64,000 bases of DNA from Eledone cirrhosa. Lineage: Eukaryota. Of the stretch, positions 53,021 to 64,000 are shown piece after piece. Every line of letters begins with the position of its first letter. Position 1 is the first letter of the stretch. The notes beneath the pieces were generated by a model. The model was not told where the DNA came from, made no database searches, and was given only the letters and a program-made list of their open reading frames with translations. The stretch is from contig OZ024747.1 in NCBI GenBank assembly GCA_964016885.1, positions 49,414,001-49,478,000 of the forward strand. The letters run 5' to 3'. The translations under genes and the position numbers were made by a program.

Positions 53021-53499
53021 CCTCTATATCTCATTGTCTTGAAGAAATCATGTGGCTCCACCAGGCTAAAATGTCCCAAACATGCCATGAGTCACAAGGG
53101 CAGCCCAACAGTTCCATCAGGAGTTATGAGCCAATGGATGGGTGGAGATAGATATATATATACACACATATATAAAAACAAATGCCCTGCCTATTTTTCA
53201 AAAATGTCATTCTTTTGATGGTATAAGTTGTGTACCAGTTGAAAAAAAAAAAATTTTTTAAAGCTGAAGTTAACTCTTTTCTGCTGGATGTACATATGTA
53301 AGTTTTTTTAATATTGATGTGAAAGACAAAAAAAAAAAAAATGAAGAAGAAATTGGTTTATCATTGTTAATTTTTGTTTAAAATTTTCAGTTTAGTAAAT
53401 GCTGAAAAGTAACTTATTGTACACAATTTGGGACATTCAAATGGCAAATAAAATTCTTGTAAAAATTCTGTCAAGTTTATTTCCTTTTCGTAAAATCTT

Positions 53500-53790
53500 G
53501 GGAATAGAACCAGTGATAAATGTTGTGAAGAAATGGCTGGGTGATGTGATGGGATGGAACCAGTGAAGAGATGGCTGGGTGATGTGATGGGAATGGAATT
53601 GGTGATGGATGTTGTGAAGAGATGGGAATGGAATCTGATGGATGTTGTGAAGAGATGGGAATGGAATCTGATGGATGTTGTGAAAGGATGAAAGTGACTG
53701 GGTGAGAAGAATAGAGCCAGTAATGAATGTTGTGAAGAGAAATGGAATGAGATGGCTGGGTCATGTATTGAAGGAGGGTGAATGTAGCAA
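53500..53790. repeat. Degenerate GA/GT-rich tandem repeat (about 33-bp unit gatggatgttgtgaagagatgggaatggaatct)
   Basis: Visible repeats; periodic ORF 53477-53797. Confidence 0.7.
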
Positions 53791-56096
53791 GTAACATTGG
53801 TTATTCTCTGCAGTAATAACTTAGCTGTGCCCTAACAAAATGGCAGAGATATATTAGTTCAGCCAAAGTTGTAGAATTTCTCTCCTGGCTTTTTTTCCTT
53901 TTACTCAAACTTTTTTTGAAAATGTGAAAAAAATGTATTCCTAAATATTGAAAACCTTAAAACATGTTTATAGATAACTGAAGTAAAGAGCACAATTCTT
54001 CACTGAAACTAAGCTGGTGTAGAGGCAGCAAGATGACAGAAAGGTAAAGATGTGATTATTTAGAGAAAGCCAATACAATGCAAGAGTGAAAACTAGAAAA
54101 AAGAAAAAACAGTTTACACTTTATATTTCACCTTGAAGTTAGAATTCCATTTTCAATAGATAGGAAATAAAGTTTGGTGTTGCAAAAGAAATCCTAAACT
54201 CAAAAGTATCATAAATTATGAGACAAGTATAAACTATTATTTTGTTTTATTTTTCTTACCCTTACTTTTCACTCTTGTAATTATAATTTACATTATACCA
54301 GCTTTCCTAAAACAATAAAAATATTTTTACATAAATTAATAGAACAACTTTGAGGTTTTCATAGCTTCCTTTATGTAATTCAACATTTAACTGATAAATA
54401 ATTCAAATTTATTCTCATACATTGAAAGAAATTCACTGAGAAAATCTCCCCACCAATAAAGTTACAAAATGAATTTTAGAGAAAAGTGAAAAGTTGTTAC
54501 TGACAGACACACACACACACACAATGAAACTGTCCTTAATAAAGATAATTTACAATGGCTCAACAGAAAGAGGGACCCACTGCTGTTATACTTTTTCGTG
54601 AGAGTTTGTAACATGACAGTGTTGGGTTCAAACTATAACAGCTGAGTAATACCAAATATCAGTTACCTATATCAAAGCTACATAATAATACAATGGCTGA
54701 GTGGTTAACTTTTTTAATACCAGATTTCTAATAAAATAAACTGCTTGTGTGTTTCACTTATTTCTGAAAGTAATTAGGAAGTTGTAGGGTTAGGGTTAAT
54801 AAAACTAATAGTCTTTGAAATGTAACTTAAAGGTTCGAGCATAAAATTATGACAGAAGGCTTAAATTTAATTATAAACAGCTTTATATCATAGAATGAGG
54901 AACAGTGTCAGTATTAAAATGGTTAAAGGGTTGTACAGCTAATCAACAGGAGTAGGAATGTTAACCCTATTTATACCAAAATGATTATTTTAAATTGTTT
55001 ATCTAAAAATCTTAGATCATAATTTTATGTAAGATCCTTTAAGTTATGTTTGAAGCAGCAGATTAATAATGAAAAAGTTCATTATAATACTAAATATTTC
55101 CAAATATTTTACTATTTTCAAAATTTCATTAGAAATATGGAAACAGGAGGGTTAAAACCTATCATAATTTTATGGAAAAAGATTCTATGTTCCAAATGTC
55201 AGCTTAATAATGAGTTTAATTATATTTCTCTATTCCTCCAAATTTACTGCAACACATTATCAGTGTATTTTATAAGAAATATGATGCAATTCACTTAACC
55301 CTCTGCTGGCTAAACTCTTCCTTGTTAGTTAATATGCACCATTTTCGCTTAACCCTCTCATTACCAAATCCCCAAAGAAAGCCACTGCCTATGACTTTCA
55401 AATGATTTTGAAAATGTTCTCATTTTTAATGAAAGACACTGCCTATGATTTTAAAGCTGGTGTTTGGAAAAATAAAGATTCTTACTTAGAATTATGATGG
55501 GAGGTTTTTAGATAAATGCAAACACTTTAAAACAAATAGTTTAGCACTGTAGAACTAGATGCAATTTAAAGTGGGTTGGTGTGAAAAGGATTCTGTGGAA
55601 GAATTAGCTGTAGGAAGTTGACCAGATATCATTTCACCAAATGAAAATATTTTAATTTGAAAAATATTAAAAAATAAAGTAACATTTTAAATGAAAGAAA
55701 TAACAGACTGACATCTTAGCAAGGATTTGCCAAAGTTGCAGCAACCACAGAAAGTAATCTCAACATCTGGGTTGAGTATTCTTCTCCCCTCTGAAAATTC
55801 ATACACACACACACACATATATATATAAAACCCAAACTTAATAGAAAGTTAAAAAGAAAGAACAAAGCGAAAGAAATATAAATAAAAATATATCATACTA
55901 ATTATAAAAACATACCAAAATATTCAAGAGAGACTTTGTTGAATAAAGAACACATTTTGTTTGTTTTGGGTATTTTTTTGTTTTGCTTTATTTGTAGGAA
56001 TATCCTTGTTTTCACAAAGGCACTATTTTAAAAAAATATGTTGCATGGTCAACAACTGAGGAATGAAAGACACAGTGATGTACAACACAACCACAT

Positions 56097-56152
56097 TCAC
56101 CTGCTTATTGCAACAAAATGGTGGGGCGCCAGGATCAAAGACAGAGAATTAC
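56097..56152 (-). CDS. DCAF15: Probable DCAF15 terminal coding exon
   Basis: tttgttgcag acceptor; phase 1 gives (G)NSLSLILAPHHFVAISR*. The length matches the recalled DCAF15 end (GCSLKVLADSERYTWIVL*). Minus-strand AATAAA at about 55990. Confidence 0.6.
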
Positions 56153-58004
56153 CTGCAACAAAATAAACAACTAAGATAAGAACAAGAAAAACAACAATAT
56201 GCATCATCACAGACCAAGATATATGGAGTTACTGTCCTCCTAGACATGCAATGGGGGTGGGACATCTTGCTTTTATATTGTTTGGTTTTGGCATGGGTTC
56301 TGTAGCTGGATTTCCTTCTTATTAACAACCACTTTACTGAGTGCACAAGGCAGCAGCGACTGAAGGGTCATCTTAATCCTTTGTTTGGCATAGTTACACC
56401 TGGATGCCCTTCCTAACACCAACCACATTACAGTATGTATTGGAAGCATGGTTTCTACAGCTGGATGTCCTCCCTAACATCAACCACTTTACAATTGAAT
56501 TATAATTAACTAGCTTACCTTATTTCATATGAAAGATGCTGGCTTTTATATAGTTTTGAAAATAATTGAGGATATGAAGGGATTTAATAATATAAATTTC
56601 TCGTTATCAAAATATAAACACCTTAAAACAGCTTTGCATCAGTTGAAGGCAATTTGCTATCAAAAATTTTAACTATTAATATCATATACCACATAAAACC
56701 ACATTAACAACAGACAACATCATATTAACAAATTTAAATCAGTTGTAATACTGTAAATTACCCACTACTGAAGATACTTCAAAAATGTTAATTACCCAAC
56801 CTGTTTTTAGATATTTTCTGTTAAATCATGACAGGATGTTAAGAGTTAAAGACATATTGCTTCAAGATAGCTCAAGTAAAATATTTGGTATCAGTGTTTC
56901 CCAGCAGGATGTATAACGATCTGTCCACTAATAAAGATACTATATCACTTCTCATACTAAACTGATTCTATGAAACAGAACCACAGATTTTAAAGGGTCC
57001 TATTTAAATTAAAGTTATCCGACATAATTTTATATAAGAACCATATGTTAAGTTACTATCTTAGTAAAATAATTAACGATTTCAGTAAATCCCTCAAAAT
57101 GTTTAATTAATTAATAGAAATAGTGTGTATTTCATTAGTAATGCAGTCACAAAAGAGTTAAACATTTAAACTAACAAACCTATTTTAGATATTTTCTGCT
57201 GAATCATTACAGAATATTAATAGTTAAATAGATTTTTTTTTGTAAAAATTATTTGAAATAGGGAAGAGTTGTCCAGCACATCTGTAGTGGATAGAGAGAC
57301 GAGGCGGCGGTATTTATATAACTAGATTACAAGGGAGATAACTTTGTTACATCTTAATATGGTTTTGTGGAAGAAAAGTTAGTGTTAGAAAACAGTATCA
57401 ATTGCAATAGTATTGGTAGCAGCCCCTTACACAAATCACCACACTACACCTATCTTGTCAAAATATATACACCTTCAGTTGAATAACTAGTGTATTAAGC
57501 AGGATATCCAACTGTTAAATATTTTATTGGGTTTTATGAGGGGAAGAAAGAGCAAGCCAACCAACAGCTGATATATTACCTAGGTGATATAACTAATCTC
57601 TTAGAAGTAGTATGGTAACTAAAAAAACTCAGTAAAATATTACATTTAACAACAAAAGGTTTCTCAAGTAAGAATTATTAATCACTGAATGCAGGTGGTG
57701 GAATGATTATTAACAGAGACATATGAATAAAAAAAGCCAAGTATTTTAAGACCATTTTCCTTACTAAAACGGTTTAGCTTTGTAGGCCCTGTAAACGGCT
57801 TCACACTCATCAAGGGGTCCTTTTTTGAGGCAATGTTTTACAGCTGGATGTCCTTCCTGGTACCAACCCTTTTAGTCACATCTTAAAATATACAGGCATA
57901 CGCTATACCTATTCTAAACCGGATACACACCGGATTTTTCAACATACACACATGCAGATGTGTGTATATATATATATATATATAAACGCAAACAAGACAT
58001 ATAT

Positions 58005-59110
58005 AAACAAGGGAGCTTTAAAAGTTCAATGATTAGTACATAGTTAAAAATCATACGCCAGGAACCTGTACGTTCTCATACTAACGTGTCATAACTTGTT
58101 CTTACATGAACCCTTAAATGCATGTTGCAACATCAGTCGGAAGTCGGCACCAACTTGAGCAACATGGCTTCCATCAAAATTTAGGCCAGGACAAACATAA
58201 AATTCATGGTGAAGCTAGGGAGCTTCACCATGGAAGAGCAGCTAAATCATTGATGCTTTGGAGCAAGTTGATGGGGACAATGCCCCAAAGAAATCAACAA
58301 CTTACAAATGGATAAGTAGTTTTAAAAGTGTAAGTGATGAGGTTGAGATGATCCCCACAGTAGCAGGCCATCCCCGTTAGTCTGTGTGGAAAACATTGAT
58401 GACGTTCGTGACCTAATTGAAAAGGACAGGCAAATAACCACTGAATCAGTAGCCGACACACTCAACATCTCCATGGGTTCTGCACACGCAATTCTGCTGG
58501 AGAGTTTGGGGCTAAGCAAGCTTTCCGCTCGAAATTTTGAACAAGTGGGATGGAGACCCTGAAGCTTTTCTGCAGAGAATTGTTACCGGAGATGAAACGT
58601 GGCTCTACCAGTATGATCCGACGACTAAACTCAATCTAAGCAGTGGCTGCCAGGGGTGGAAGTTAAGGCAAAATCAGATCGTTCAAGGGGCTAGGTGATG
58701 GCCACTGTCTTCTTGGATGCAGAGGGGATTTTGCTGGTGGAATTCCTCGATTAATGATGTTCATGGTGCTCAGCAGAAACAAGCTGTGTTACACGAATTT
58801 CCATGGGAAATCATCCGACACCCTCCTTACAGAACCAATTTAGTCCCATCTCCGACTTTTTTTTGTTTCCAAATCTGAAAACATTATTGAAAGGTACCCA
58901 TTTCCCATCAGTTGAAGATGTAAAAAAAAGCTGCTTTGACATGGTCCAAATCGCATGGCCCTCAGTTTTACACAGATGGATTTAAAGGTTGGTCTCAACG
59001 CTTGCAAAAGTGTATTCACCTAGATGGAGCATATGTGGAAGAATAAACATGATAACCTAAACCGTTTTATCCAACTGTCGTTTATCCACAAATTATTTGA
59101 AGCACCCTCG
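58005..59110 (+). mobile_element. Degraded mariner transposon relic
   Basis: GDETWLYQYDP, SKQWLP and SDFFLFPNLK fragments; 3' TIR ...gaagcaccctcg followed by TA; related to 28462-29770. Confidence 0.85.
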
Positions 59111-59143
59111 TATATGTATATGTATGTGTGTATATATATATAT

Positions 59144-59456
59144 GGAGGCACATGGCTTAGTGGTTAGAGCATTGGCCTTGCAATCGAAAGGTTGTGAGTT
59201 CAATTCTCAGACCAGGTGATGTGTTCTTTCCTTGAGCAAGACACTTTATTTCACATTGCTCCAGTTTACTCAGCTGTAGAAATGAGATGATAGGGACTGG
59301 GGTCCATATCATTCCACTGCAAAAAAAACACCCAGCACTTACTGTAAATGAGGTTGTTGCTAGGAAGGGCATCCAGCTGTAGAAATCAAGCCAGAATCAG
59401 TTCCCGTCCCACCCCCACCCTTGCAAGCAGGGAAAAGCGGACGTAAAATGAAATGA
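59144..59456 (+). mobile_element. tRNA-derived SINE family B with RTE-like tail
   Basis: A-box tggcttagtgg, B-box gagttcaattct, tail ...ggacgtaaaatgaaatga; second copy at 37150-37472 (-). Confidence 0.88.
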
Positions 59457-59589
59457 TATATATATATATATATTTATACCCTAATATATATATATATTAG
59501 GGTATAAATATTGAGTTTTGTCATATGTTAATCACTACCATGACTGAATCTTAACCATTTACTATGTCAGGGTATGTCATGCATCATCC

Positions 59590-59656
59590 TATTTTATCTG
59601 ATGAGGACGTACTGTTAAACTTAACTCAGTACCTCTGAAATATGTATAATAAAATA
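59590..59656 (+). ncRNA. Type I hammerhead ribozyme in a putative solo pLTR (about 59471-59800)
   Basis: Helix I tattttat/ataaaata; CUGAUGA; helix II core gtactg...cagtac; GAAA; near-palindromic tatgta; AUA triplet; upstream gtataaata. Confidence 0.7.
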
Positions 59657-59944
59657 TAATTGATCACAAGAATATCTATTTTGTTAATATTTTGAATTAA
59701 TATTAATAACTCTGGAAAACCTCTCTGTTGAGTGCTTCCAATCTATTGTAAAACTCATTCTTTGATGTATTCATTGAACCTTGTTTAACTTTTAAATATA
59801 TATATATATGCACACAATCATCAAAGTTTATACATGGCCACATATATCCCTAGTTTAGAATAGGTACATTGTATCCCTGTGTCATAAGAAGCAACTAAAA
59901 GGGTTGGTTCCAGCAGTTCCAGGAAGGGCATCTGTCTGTAAAAC

Positions 59945-60737
59945 AATCATCATCATCATTTAACGTCTATTTTCCACGCTATCATGGGTTAGATGGTAAT
60001 TGTTTTGAGGCAAGATTGATCGGGTAACTGTCTTGCTCGTATAGGACTGTAGCTGGCAGGTTTTCTACAGCTCGATGCCCTTCCTAAAACCAACCACATT
60101 TACAATGTGGACTGGGAGCCTTTTTACCGTGTCTCCTACACGACCACTTTACAGCATGGACTGGGTGCTTTTTTGTCGTGACACCTACACGATCTTAGTT
60201 TGGACTGGATGTTCTGTGGTACCAACATAATTTTACAGAGAAAGGGCGGTGTTGGTGAAAGTGGGTTGGGGTATATATTTGGTTTAGAGGTGCCTACTGA
60301 CTGTAGGTTAACTTTGTACATAGGGAAGGTGAGTCTTCTGTATTACTGCGTAGCACCAAAGGTCTCGATCCAGTGACATTGTCTTAGAGAGGTAGGTGCA
60401 AGTGTGCAAGGTCGGATTTTATCATATCATCCCAGGTTTTTCTTGGTCTCCCTACACAGTAAGTTCCATCAATTTTGATTGCCCTGCACTTTTTTATACA
60501 GCTGGTGTCTTTCATGCGCATCACATGACCATACCAATGTAATCTTCCCAAGTAAACAGCATCTGATCTCTCTTATTCCGTTTATGTTTTGCTGTTCGTG
60601 TATATTACTATTACACATCCAATGGAGCACGCATGCTTTGTTCCTTTCCAGTCTGCGTAGGTCCTCTGCACACAATGCCCATGTCTCACTGTCATGTAAC
60701 ATTGCTCTTCGTATACAAGCATCATACAATCTGCCTG
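59945..60737 (-). mobile_element. Degenerate 5'-truncated copy of the same RTE LINE
   Basis: GRLYDACIRRAMLHDSETWALCAEDLRRLERN; 3' UTR and cat-repeat tail homologous to 12290-12640. Confidence 0.88.
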
Positions 60738-61202
60738 AATGATCATGATGGTGATGATATGGCAGAATGGACAGATTATAAATGTTGGGTGAAAAAGGTA
60801 TTGATGGAAGATAATTGGAGAAAAAGTACAAGAAAGGCACACAGAAGATTGACAAGGAATTATTACAGTTGAAGGCAAGATATGGTCAGCTAAGTATGTC
60901 ATGTTTTATGTTTCATAAATGTACTGGGTGCATTTTATCATGACACCAGCACAACCATTTTACAGAATGTACTGAGTGCATTTTATGATAGCACTAAAGA
61001 AATTGTCAGGTCTTTGATAATACACAACTTTCAAATGTAACATTTTTCAACTGTCAACTGGTCAAGGATCAACAAGTGAACTATATGATTCTAAATCAGC
61101 CATCTCTAAGTTATCAAAATTATGTCAAGTGACAACAATCTGATGACAGAATTTCTACAAAATGGACAGAATTACATATTGTAATATGTGATGTTTACTT
61201 AC

Positions 61203-61315
61203 CTCTGATGACAGCTTCATTTGTTAAGGTATAGACACTTTTGTAGAATGACTGAGGCACAGCCAATGCATGCTGCAGTCTGGTAACTTCACCATTTCCG
61301 GGGTTCCATTCTTTT
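61203..61315 (-). CDS. DCAF15: Probable DCAF15 penultimate exon
   Basis: tgtttag acceptor and gtaagt donor; (R)KEWNPGNGEVTRLQHALAVPQSFYKSVYTLTNEAVIR(G), cf. recalled human [22 protein letters not shown]. Confidence 0.7.
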
Positions 61316-62116
61316 CTAAACACAAACAAGACGCTACATGAGGATATTTGATTTTTCAAAACACATACGCCATCATTAACATTTAACGTCTGTTTTCAAT
61401 GCTTGCATGGATTAGACAGGTTGTCACATTCTTATACTAGACCAGTCAGGTGGCCTTGTTTAGCTCATACATTTCTTTTTTGACTTGGGTTCTATGGCTG
61501 GATGCCCTTCCTAATAGCAGCCACTTTACTACATGTACTGGGAACAATTTATTTGTGGCACCTGCACAAGCACCTTACTGAGTAGGTTGGGTGCATTTTA
61601 CTGTAGCACCAGCACTACCACTAAGGTTGGGAATGCAGTGATGGAAGTGGAGTTGTAAAACGAAAATTGAGGGAAGACTGAGCTACACTTTGTTTGCTGA
61701 TGGGGGCAGGGGATCATCATACAGTCAAACAGCAAGCACCAAGTCATGGTCGAGCCATGAAGAGAGTATATGAAATCTGGCAGTATATTTTGAGGTGTGT
61801 CCAGTTTTCCTTGCAGGCTTGAGTAAGGTAGGTTAAGGGGATGGGCATGTGTAGTTTAAGTGAGAGAAGCATCCATCTTTCCTTGCTGGCATGGGTTAGA
61901 CAATGAAGGATATTAGTGGAGAAGGACTAATGTGAGGGAAGCCAAAGATGTAGAATGGAGCTTCTTCTTCATGTTTATTTTATACCTCTCAAGGACAGAG
62001 TCAGCACTAAAGTAAGGCTGCTGACCTCACAGATGTGTGTGTATGTGTGTGTGAGTGTATATATATATAATTACTTCAAGGTAGACAGGTGAAATGGAGA
62101 AGAATCAGTTGACATT

Positions 62117-62298
62117 ATCAGTATCGGTAGAGGGTTGGACGCCATGCTTAGCAGCATAGAGTTACGGCCCTTTGCGATCTGAGTTCAAATCTCGCCATGG
62201 TTATATTTGCCTTTCATCCTTACGCGGGTTGATAAAATAAAGTACCAGTAATGCACTGGGGTAATTGCTGGCCTTGTGCCAAAAGTACAATCAATTAT
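62117..62298 (+). mobile_element. SINE family A copy, antisense in a DCAF15 intron
   Basis: Homologous to 196-381. Confidence 0.82.
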
Positions 62299-62319
62299 AT
62301 GAAATAAGATAGCAAATAC

Positions 62320-62380
62320 CTCAAGAGATCAGATTCATCCACTTCCACGAGGTCTTCAATGTGAAATGTTGAATAGTTTC
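62320..62380 (-). CDS. DCAF15: Probable DCAF15 internal exon
   Basis: tttattttag acceptor and gtattt donor; (G)NYSTFHIEDLVEVDESDLL(R), cf. recalled TGIFETVSVGDLTEV. Phase-compatible with the downstream exons. Confidence 0.65.
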
Positions 62381-62844
62381 CTAAAATAAAAACGCCACTG
62401 ATTAACTCTTTTGAAGTCAACCTGCCCAACAACACCTCTGTTAAAATATTCAACCTCAGTATATGAAAGAATGGTTTTACAAAATCCTGCCAAATCCTTG
62501 ATAATATTCAAAATTAATGAAAATACATACAGAGAGAGTGCATTGTTTTGTTGGAAATATGGTCACAATAAGGTTAATACGGAAAGAATAATATCTAAAT
62601 TTCATAGATTCAATATTATGTGAGGTAAAGTCTTTACCCTGAAAATACAATAGTAAATATAGAGTAATGTAGATATTATATGAGATAATTATATGAGGTA
62701 AAGTCTTTATCCCCAAAATACAATAGTAAATATAGAGTAAAGTAAATGCTGAAGGGTAAAAGAAGGACCTCTAGAAGGTGGACAAAAAATTGTTGGAATA
62801 TCATGATTACAAGTCAATAAAAGTTAAAAAGTAATGATCACTTG

Positions 62845-63059
62845 TTAACCGTTTAGCATTTTAAAATGGCCGTGTCCGACCAGAATTATCTCCTCTTTCT
62901 GTTCAAACCAGCTGTAACTGGTCACTCATATTTATGTTAAAGTATTGCTCTCAAAATAAATGATATCAAAATCTCGTAGATTCGATATTATGTAAGATAA
63001 AGTGTTTACGGTGAAAATACAATAGTAAATATAGATTAATGTAAATGCTGAAGAGTTAA
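62845..63059. mobile_element. TTAA-flanked MITE (piggyBac-like)
   Basis: Imperfect TIRs ttaaccgtttagcattt ... aaatgctgaagagttaa; related partial copy at about 62520-62760. Confidence 0.55.
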
Positions 63060-64000
63060 TAAAGATTATAAAAAGTGTGATTACCTGTTAATAAACTCCA
63101 GTTGAAAGTGATACTGGTTTGGTAGTACTGCTTTAGGATGTTACTGAAGAGAATAGAAACAGTTTGTTGATAGTTTAGAAATATTTTGGAATTGAGAACA
63201 GAATAGTGAGAATTTTATTGATGGAGGGAGACAAAGGGTAAAAGATAGCTTGAGATTTATATGGTTATTATTCTAGGGTTTAGATTCTGCAGGACAGGGT
63301 GTAGAGAGGTGTTAGAATGGGTATCTACTCATAGAAACCATACCAAACATGGAACATATGGGCAAAATGAAGTCTCTCTCTGACCTGTCTAGTCTCAGAC
63401 TATAACAACCCATCCAACCCATGTCAGCATGGAAAGTGGAGTAATGTAACTTAATATAGGACCTCCCATGTGAAGTAGGACAGATGCAGGCTTTAAAAAA
63501 TGGGTTTGGTTGTAGGTGATATACAGTTGGTACATTCAGGGAAACAGTACAAGAGATTGCAGTGAGAGTTGCTTTTATTTCTTATTAGAGGAAGGAGCAG
63601 TGTCTATTGTACATGACAGACCCTTTCAGACTAGAGAGACTGGTGCCATTGATGTTTTACCTAGGTTGTTGAAAGTAAACATAAGCCAAGAAGAATTTCA
63701 GAGAGCATAATATTCTAGGGAGGAAGGACTGAATGTAGTAGTGAGGATGGAGCTTGAAAAGGTTGAACACTATATGGCAGAAGAGATGAGTTGGGAGTAC
63801 CTGAGGAAGAGGAGGAGGAAGTAGGGTAGCCAGGAGGGAGCAGTGGTCATTGTAGCAACAATAGAAAGTCAATGGAAAGAGACATCTTTGGATGAGCGTT
63901 TCTGTGAATTTATGCCAAGAAATATTTACAAAAATATTTCTTGAGTTAAAGATGAAAAAATAAACCCCAAAGTATATTCTTCCTCATTGTTTAGTCATGA

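Noticed and set aside
59144-59215. tRNA gene calls at SINE heads (also 196, 48055, 52473)
   Set aside because: A and B boxes are present, but no complete cloverleaf is evident and the heads continue into repeated SINE bodies.

Overview
Eukaryotic, AT-rich, repeat-dominated genomic DNA. The SINE, RTE and microsatellite landscape resembles octopod cephalopod genomes (inference from recollection). Two convergent spliced genes end in the window: an SNX30/SNX7-type sorting nexin (+; exons 1-102, 1564-1716, 16341-16739) and a probable DCAF15 (-; exons 62380-62320, 61315-61203, 56152-56097). The rest comprises an 8.6-kb 34-bp intronic satellite, several minisatellites, roughly 16 kb of (TA)-based microsatellite that produces the spurious YI-rich ORFs, RTE LINEs, CR1-like fragments, two mariner relics, tRNA-derived SINEs and Penelope-like elements (PLEs). 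The most notable signal is six hammerhead-ribozyme motifs of four unrelated sequence types. Each lies in a pseudo-LTR-like module with a fold-back inversion and (TA)n flanks, and one is a non-coding 467-bp-period retrozyme-like element at 46584-47423. All protein identities come from remembered motifs; no database search was run.
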